From Phoronis australis (Eukaryota > Animalia > Phoronida), in NCBI GenBank assembly GCA_002633005.1, contig NMRA01000606.1, positions 172,534-204,701 on the forward strand: a stretch of 32,168 nucleotides of DNA. The letters are read 5' to 3'. Positions 24,044-32,168 of this stretch are shown here, in pieces. The notes beneath the pieces were generated by a model. That model did no database searches, was not told the origin of the DNA, and saw nothing but the letters and a program-made list of their open reading frames with translations. The stretch's first letter is position 1. Each line of letters starts with the position of its first letter. The position numbers and the translations under genes were made by a program.

Positions 24044-25800
24044 TCAGCGCCATCTTGAGGCTTGGGGACGAGGATGCCCTACCGCCCGTCTAAGTTTGAC
24101 CCAGACGTTAACCTCCGCTGTGGAGGGCAGCATTGGCATTCATAATACGGCTTGTCACTCTCGCCCGATTAGATAAGTGACGTGGGTCAGTGGAGCCTGA
24201 TCTAATACATTCAGGAAAGAAGTATCTGTCTTGACGACGATCATCATGTCCAAATCCTGGAGAAGTTGAAAGGTTTGTCAAATTACTATAACTCATGCAT
24301 ATACCCTTTACTGTAGCGAGCGTACTCGTGGGCTTTTTACTATATCTAATGAGGCTGATATTTACTCGGTTTTATAAAGCAGGAGTAGTTATGTACCTAG
24401 TTTTGCTGAAACGTCATGACGATTGTTCGCCAGGTCTAAAAATTTTCAGACTCTTATCATAAACAATGTCTAACTACAATAAGTACGAGGCTAATTGCTG
24501 ACAGACATACCAGACCCATACTCCAAAACCACACATGAATGGATGGAACTACTTTTGACCAGCTGCATCAGTTTAATAAACAATCTGAGGTTCCATATCA
24601 ACCAAAAGGACAGTTTATAACCAAGCTTTCTGTGGTAAAGCGAACACCGGGGATTATATAGATGAACCAGTGAGACAACTGAAAACACGAAATACCAATT
24701 TTAACATTTACTCAGAATCGCATTATTATTCATGCACATGTTAAACAAAGCATTGCAACACGTTAATGAAAAACTTTCAAAACCTAGTAATCAAATTAGC
24801 ACTCAGGAAAGTCAAGTGGCAGTAAAATCGAGTGCCGCTTGTAGTTCTAACAACTAAGCTTGCCTCTGTTTCTTCATAACTTGTTTATACAAGAAATAGT
24901 GGCAAGCAACCAATGAGACACAATTTGAACCAAAGTTTCAGGAACTGAATACATTGTAAATTTTCAACATTCATCAGATGTAATTGTAAACAATGACAAA
25001 ATAACATGGAGGCAGAAGAACGGTAGTTGTATTTCACTTATTTAAATAGAAGTATAGTGGCGTAGAATAGAGCATGACAAATTGATGTGGAATAGGAACG
25101 ATGTACACACACTTTTGGATGCACATATATTTTAGCACAGTCAATAGATCTTCAGTAGACGCAATTTTCAACTGAAAATGTCATTAGTCTTTGGCTTAAT
25201 TAATGTTGGAATATTTTTGAATTTTCACTTGCTTTCTTAAATAAGCACATTCATTCACTGGATGTTGCTGCAGTTATAAGAATATTTCTAACCACACACA
25301 GTTAATAACGATATGTGACCCAGCACGACAAAATGAGTCTTAAGTCAGAAACTTTATTTCCTGACCAGACCGCAAACAATCGCTTTCGGTGAAAATTGGG
25401 TCATTTTTTATTGCAGATTATGGTTATTTATTCATTCTACTTCACAAAACATTGCTTTAAAACAAGCAAACTTCATTTTAAACCTTATATATATTTCATT
25501 TTGAAAAACATCACCTTCTCCACGACAGGATATCTCGTGAAATTTTCATCAAAATTTGCCGGTTTTCGTGACCGCATTACTCAATCACCCGATGCCCCAA
25601 TTCACTCGTAAACATATCAACAGAAAGGTCAAACTCTGCCTATTATGCATGTAGTAAGCTCTTTGAGTTTTTCGTCCAATCATGAGTCGTAATGGGGCTA
25701 TTCGGAGAATTCTGCTGTACTAGTGGTGATTGGATTGCGCATGCGTCGCTGTCTGCATGTAAACAGCTGTTAAAAAGACGGAATTGTTAGCAAAAGACGT

Positions 25801-26735
25801 CGTCACGCTAAGCCTTATTATTGCTATTTTCCCTGGTGCAAGTCTTCGACAGGTGGTCACAAATTTCCAAAAGACCTAAGGTTACTACATTTGTGAAGAA
25901 TTGCGGTAAAAAGGGTGAACCAACTGACAAAAAATGCGTGGATGCCGAAGCCCCGTGAGTGCTCTATTCATTTCCTTTGCCATTGGGATACATACTGTAA
26001 CGTTACTTGGTAAGTTTTTAGCAACCAGTTTCTATCGACATCGTTCGGTGATGTTATCCCCACCAGTTACCCCATTGAATAACGGGTTTATTGAGTGGAA
26101 CTAAGTGTTTCTTTTCGGAAACTCACCCAGGACTCGGATGCCGGGTAGGCTAGCAGCCTATACTCACATATTGTCCTGGGTGGGAGTGCGCCCAACATAA
26201 GAGGTGTATTATAAGTGGCGCTCAGAAGTCAAGGGTGATTTTTTCACAGCAGTTTCTCTTCAAAACTATGTTATGTCCAATAAAATTCTCTAGAAAAGTG
26301 AGTAATCGTATTTCATATCGGACCCCACCCCCAGCGCTACCATATTAGTTACCGAATTAACATGAATAAGCGCTTCAGTAAATGTCGTAACATTACATTG
26401 GAATAAAAATTGACACCTAGAATAAATTTTACTTATTGAGATCAGAAGCACAGTTTATATGTCATGAAAGATATATATTGTCAAATCACTTTTAGCCTGT
26501 TTCACATATTTTAATTCAGATCTTAAATAAGACTTGGGTACAAAGATTATTAGTTTCTACATATAAACATGAAGATGAAACGTCAAGTATGTTCTGTCCT
26601 ACAAAAGTAGTTTTGTCTTGTGTTTTCTTTTACAATTTGCTAATATTTCTCTGACTGTTCTGTTACAGGTGAAAGAAAACGACTGAAACCAGCCACTTGA
26701 CCGTCTATTTTACCTTTGGACAAAGTGAAAAGCAA
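25801..26735 (+). pseudogene. Third THAP domain relic, two exons
   Basis: From 25801: RHAKPYYCYFPWCKSSTGGHKFPKDLRLLHL*RIAVKR...WMPKPRECSIHF. GTAAGT donor at 26010. Acceptor ttacAG at 26668, then ERKRLKPAT*PSILP (AVPTIF-box equivalent). A possible transposon end, ATATGTGACC, at ~25311. Confidence 0.75.
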
Positions 26736-27052
26736 TCCTTCAGCAATAACCGGAAAGAATTGAACCTAATCAAACAAAAGAAAGATTTTACAGTTGAATC
26801 TCCTTGAGAAAGAATAAAGTTTTACGTACCGTTATACAAAATGTTGTTTACAGCTATATTTACTTTTTGTTGTTTTCAATCCATTAACTACAGAAATCAA
26901 ATCAAATACACTGGGTGATTTAGAACAGGCACTAACAAGACACAAATAAATTACCAATTAGTGATTGCACACTCGGTAAATGTTAAGTATACTTAATTGA
27001 AGAGCATTTATTTATAGGTACCCTGAGTACATGCATACATGTAGCTATTTTC

Positions 27053-29224
27053 TCTTCTCTAAATGACGGAGCTTTAATGTGTTGGAGGGGTATTTTGGTG
27101 CTGTCTTGGGACTGAAATTCCCTATCTATTTTTCCTGGTTTTATTTCCACTGTCACATATGAATTAGTCTCAGTCCCTAGCTGAGGTGGTTGTAGGTCAC
27201 AACCCACACTATCACAACAAATACAATTAAAAAAGACATGCAGGGTACAGACAACTGTACATGCGATAATAGGAATTGAAGCCACACACAATTACGGCCC
27301 TGCGACTCAGCTGTGTATTTGACCTGTTCACTTCAATGTTGTTAACCAAGCATATGTGGCACATTTGACTGAACATGTATAGCCAAAACATAGTCAGGGT
27401 GTCACAGGTGTTTATTTAAATGACACCAGTGACACTGACGTCTGCACCAACTGACACCGGGACATATAATTGGGCAACTGAAATAATTCTCAATATATGA
27501 TATAACTGTAAAATTATTACATCCACTATTACGAAAATATCATGACGTTCTCGAAAGTACATGAATGAAATTGAAAAGCTTGTATTAAATCATCAAAGCC
27601 TGCCAAGATAATTACTCAAAAGTTTCGTATTCATACACCACCTTCACACCAACTTATTATTTTGTAAGATCATAAATATTCGATGTAGAAAAAATCGATG
27701 TCATCTCATAAACTGTTTGCGTGTTGTTTTTGCATATTTTAAAGAAAAGTCAATAAGCGTTTTATAAAATTCATTTATAGCATGTACAGAATACTAGGCT
27801 GGGTGTAAATTCCCAATGTTTACTATTACTACTAGTAGTGATAACAGGGAGTCGGTAAGTTGATACTTTCCAAGTTATAAACATAACAGCAGTCCAATAT
27901 CTTTACTGCTGTAACTAGAGACCAGGTGAGTTTTTCTTAAGGTAACCCATAATAATATTCACGATACCCCCTGTAAGATACTTTACCTTTGTTTGCTCCG
28001 GGTGGCTCATGGTCACGTGTATATTCATGGATGAATAGACTGAATATAATTTGCATGTGACCTGACCCTCATTTCAGTATAAGTGTTGTGCGCTGACAGG
28101 ATTTACTGACATTGTGGCAGTGCATATTTGGCGTCAGTGAGGAGAGCCAGGGAGCGGCAGTATTGAGGTATTTTTCATGGTGTTTTCGTATTTGGTATTT
28201 CCGAATTTGCATTTTGTCTGTATCTGTGAGGTTTGCTATGCATTTTGTTTTTTATTTTTAGAACTGAAACAGAGAAGAACTGNTCTTCTCTAAATGACGG
28301 AGCTTTAATGTGTTGGAGGGGTAATTTGGTGCTGTCTTGGGACTGAAATTCCCTATCTATTTTTCCTGGTTTTATCTCCACTGTCACATATGAATCAGTT
28401 TCAGTCCCTAGCTGAAGTGGTTGTAGGTCACAACCCAAACTATCACAACAAATAGAATTAAAAAAGACATGCAGGGTACAAACAACTGTACATGGGATAA
28501 TAGGAACTGAAGCCACACACAATTACGGCCCTGCGACTCAGCTGTGTATTTGACCTGTTCACTTCAATGTTGTTAACCAAGCATATGTGGCACAGTTGAC
28601 TGAACATGTATAGCCAAAACATAGTCAGGGTGTCACAGGTGTTTATTTAAATGACACCAGTGACAGTGACGTCTGCACCAACTGACACCGGGACATAAAA
28701 TTGGGCAACTGAAATAATTCTCAATATATGATATAACTGTAAAATTATTATATCCACTATTACGAAAATATCATGACGTTCTCGAAAGTACATGAATGAA
28801 ATTGAAAAGCTTGTATTAAATCATCAAAACCTGTCAAGATAATTACTAAAAGTTTCGTATTCATACACCACCTTCACACCAACTTATTATTTTGTAAGAT
28901 CATAAATATTCGATGTAGAAAAAATCGATGTCATCTCATAAACTGTTTGTGTGTTGTTTTTGCATATTTTAAAGAAAAATCATTAAGCATTTTATAAAAA
29001 TTCATTTATAGCATGTACAGGTGTAGTAGTGATAGTAAACATTGGAAATTTACACCCAGCCTAGTATTCTGTACATGCTATAAATAGTAGTGATAACAGG
29101 GAGTCGGTAAGTTGATACTTTCCAAGTTATAAACATAACAGCAGTCCAATATCTGTACTGCTGTAACTAGAGACCAGGTGAGTTTTTCTTAAGGTAACCC
29201 ATAGTAATATTCACGATATCCCCT
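27053..29224. repeat. Local direct duplication across the N at 28283 (27053-27972 vs 28284-29224), probably uncollapsed haplotypes
   Basis: ~920-940 bp colinear with scattered substitutions and one internal micro-inversion. The copies diverge after GATA(C/T)CCCCT. Confidence 0.9.
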
Positions 29225-30431
29225 CTATTCAAAGAACTTGCCATGTTTTGCATTGTAAAGTCCACAACTAGGTTACAGGTATAGATTTATGTACATCTTT
29301 TATGCATGCTAGGACTGGATTGACTACGGCCTGCCCTTTACAACCACAAGTGATGACGCCTGTCGTTTATACCACGCGGTACTCAGCCAGGTAAATATTG
29401 TACACTCCGTCACAGCGTCTTCTATATGGTCCGAGATCAAGGCGTATGAATGCATTTTGCGACCAACAAGAATTCGTTTCCCCTAAAGCCTATACGTACA
29501 AGTTACATATGTATCATTGATAGACTTTGTATAGGTCTACCCTAAATTCTAAAACTTTACATTGAAAATGTAATCGCTTTGAATTTGTATAACAAAATTG
29601 CGACTGCAAGCAAACGACAAATAACACGTGACTGATGTCATAAGTTTGTACTTTGAACCAGAAGGAGTTGCTAAAGCGCCACAGAATAAGTACGGTCGTT
29701 TCAGGAATTGTCATGAAAAGTCGTTCATAAAGGAGTTGAGAATTCAAGAGTAAAGTTGTGGTTCATGAGTAAAAATGTTCAGTGTATATGGAAGGTGAAG
29801 CACTAAAATAAGTGGGGACTATAGCCCCCTTCCCCTATGATGAGTCGTTCGTAGAGTCTATGGGCAGCGCAGCACTCGGCTGAAGTAAGCCGGTGGGGGC
29901 TAAGCCCCCGTGAAGGCCCCTATGGTGCGACGCATATGGTGTATACCCCCACGATAATACGTGTTGTGAGGATGTCCACAATGTTACTGCGTTAGAAATT
30001 CGCCTTTGTTTCGTTGTAGATTGTTGGACTACACGATGATCCTACTGTTGGCGGTTTTGCGGAGTCCACGAAACGACTTGTCGACGACCATCCTAACTTC
30101 GGTGAGCGCAGTTGTAATTTTATTTTGCCGCCAATATTTAATGATTTATTGCGAATTTTGCAGTTGAGCTGGAGTTTCGGAGAATTTAGAACAGGGACAG
30201 AAATTGCAGTTGGCCCCGTACAAAATCCTGAGTCCGCCAGTGCCACCAAGCACACCACTCGACGCTGTGCTACAGGGTCTCCCGCCTAATTTTGTAACCG
30301 AAATCGAGCTCTAAACTATTTTGACATAAAAATTCAAAATAAAAGTCTATAATTCTGTGCTCGATTATTTTATGGTTTAGGTGATTGATTTTCTAATCCT
30401 AGTTGGCACAGCAGGATAACGTCAGCATTAA

Positions 30432-30960
30432 AGCTATACATGTACACTCTTGTCCGGAACTCAAAATATTTAGTTTTTAGTCGAGATGGTAGGGGCAGCT
30501 AAGAACGAATTTAGAATATAAACCCATCCGCGTAAACCACATTGTACTCAAGCATAGAATAATAGATACTTATTCTGAGTTAATAGTAAAGCAGGGCTGA
30601 TTTAATGTCAAAAGTAATTCACCTTACGCCAACGAGAGGTCGCTCTGCCTATGATATCACGTGACGCGGAAGTCCTACATCAGATAATGGCATCGTCAGG
30701 CAAGACCGGTGTGCTAACTGATATTCACGCAGACTTTGGCGAACATTATCTTCCCTATGAATCTCGCCATGACGAAGACAAAAGGCACGATCCTTCAAAA
30801 AGGTTCCTACGGGAACGGGTTGAAGATTTACGTCGAGGTCACCTGACATGTAAACCGCCCGCGTATGTTTCAGAGTCAACGCAAATCCGACGAGCCTCAT
30901 AGAGTTGACATCAGCGTCGACAAAAACTGCACGAATGCAGTTAAAAGTAATAGTAAAAAT
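30432..30960 (+). mobile_element. Possible Kolobok-type left end relic
   Basis: TTAA|AGCTATACATG at 30428-30442, with CACGTGAC and CGGAAGT motifs before a short ORF. The same CGGAAGT motif is in the 4434 element's TIR. No partner end found. Confidence 0.3.
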
Positions 30961-31439
30961 CCTTAATGAATAACAATTCTTCCCTCAAAGCAAAAGGAAC
31001 GTTTTACTAAAATTTTGAGGGGATCACGAAACCTACTGAGCTGAATCTGTAACAGTTTAGCCGAGAATTTCGTGTCCAATGATCACCGATGGTCGAGGCG
31101 GAACCGTGACAGACACACGTAGCAAGTCGGAGTTCAGAGTAACTGTAACCATCAAATGAACATGATTGCATGAGTATTTGTTTAAACTGGGAACAAATGA
31201 AAACATTAACGACCTCCTCAGAGGTATCTCTCTACGCGGTACTTCTAAACTTATAGGAACATAATTTGTCGAAAAGTATCCAGCATATGGAGTACCTATG
31301 GTATGATCATCATCTCTACTGGGTCAGCAGTATTGTCTAAGGCCTAGGCAGCCAAGAGGCTGAACAAGTTAAAAAACCAACTGGTGATAATACTGAAACA
31401 CACATGGAAAACACCAAGATGTATTTTTCAAAAACACGT

Positions 31440-32168
31440 ACCTGTTTTTGAAAGCTATACTTCTTTCTCTTTCCTGAAATGTGGCCCATAATGTACTTTT
31501 CCTGCTAACAAATGATGCACTCATGTTTCAGAATGCTCCTATCTTGTTCAGGTTAATCGGGTGTTTCAGATTTTGGAAGTGTAATTGATTTTCTTGGAAA
31601 ATCTTGGATAACATCTGTATCACTTTCTGCAACTTCAGCTTTAGTACTACTGTTGGTGCCTTGAAACGTTGCTATGCCGTTCTATGTCCTTTCAATTTTT
31701 TGGTCTGACACTTGGTCTTCTAGTCTACAGCACTCAGCAGTATACTGTGTAGGCTACCAGGACATGCAGCTGTTTTCTGCACAAACGTTTGTGACACCTC
31801 TTCTTCTTTTTGATCTACTGATCTAAAGAGTTTCACAGTCAATCAGCTTTCGTCAGGAAGCTTTCCTAAGCTTCTTTAGGCTCTGACATCACAATTTTGT
31901 GCTGTTTGATAAACCTTGAATTATAACGGCATCACACTCCATGGGAGCAGCCATATTAAAGTAAGTAAGCACAACAATACAATCTGGCTCTCTGATTGGT
32001 CAATTCAATAGAAAAGCGCCATCAAGTGGCAGGAATGTACATCATATTTTATGCAACAAAAACACCTTTTTTTAAAAAAATGTGCAAGTGTAGACGTGGG
32101 AACTTTTTGGAATTTGATTTATAGGTATATTATCTAGCCACATAGAAAAAACTAGGTTGCCCCCCCAA
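31440..32168 (-). mobile_element. Possible decayed DNA-transposon 5' region (Academ-like transposase N-terminus)
   Basis: Disrupted frame from MAAPMEC (~31956) to RSILKHECIIC*QEK...KRKK, followed by a GT donor. GGGGGGCAACCTAG-like end at the window edge. Family assignment is from memory of motifs only. Confidence 0.3.

Overview
Repeat-dense animal genomic DNA, probably from a marine invertebrate (inference from the TE families and spliceosomal GT-AG signals), in a draft assembly with one 693-N gap and two single-N contig joins. The only intact host gene is a cytochrome P450 of the CYP2 clan with an uninterrupted coding region (7832-9352, minus strand). Around it lie: two near-identical, directly oriented copies of a non-autonomous THAP-bearing P-like DNA transposon that bracket the CYP (1-889, partial, and 13398-16401); a Kolobok-type element with 147-bp TIRs and a TTAA target site; a 5'-truncated L2/CR1-group LINE; several MITEs, one family with a 5-bp TSD; a decayed Ty3/gypsy element with the Gmr1-type order integrase-RT-RNase H; and further THAP pseudo-exons. 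The two local duplications at the single Ns look like uncollapsed haplotypes and expose allelic variants: a 767-bp indel and a template-switch micro-inversion. A possible decayed paralogous CYP promoter/5' end lies near 29.3 kb. I see no convincing wholly new biological system. The best lead is transposon-bracketed turnover of an intronless detoxification gene. All alignments were made by eye.
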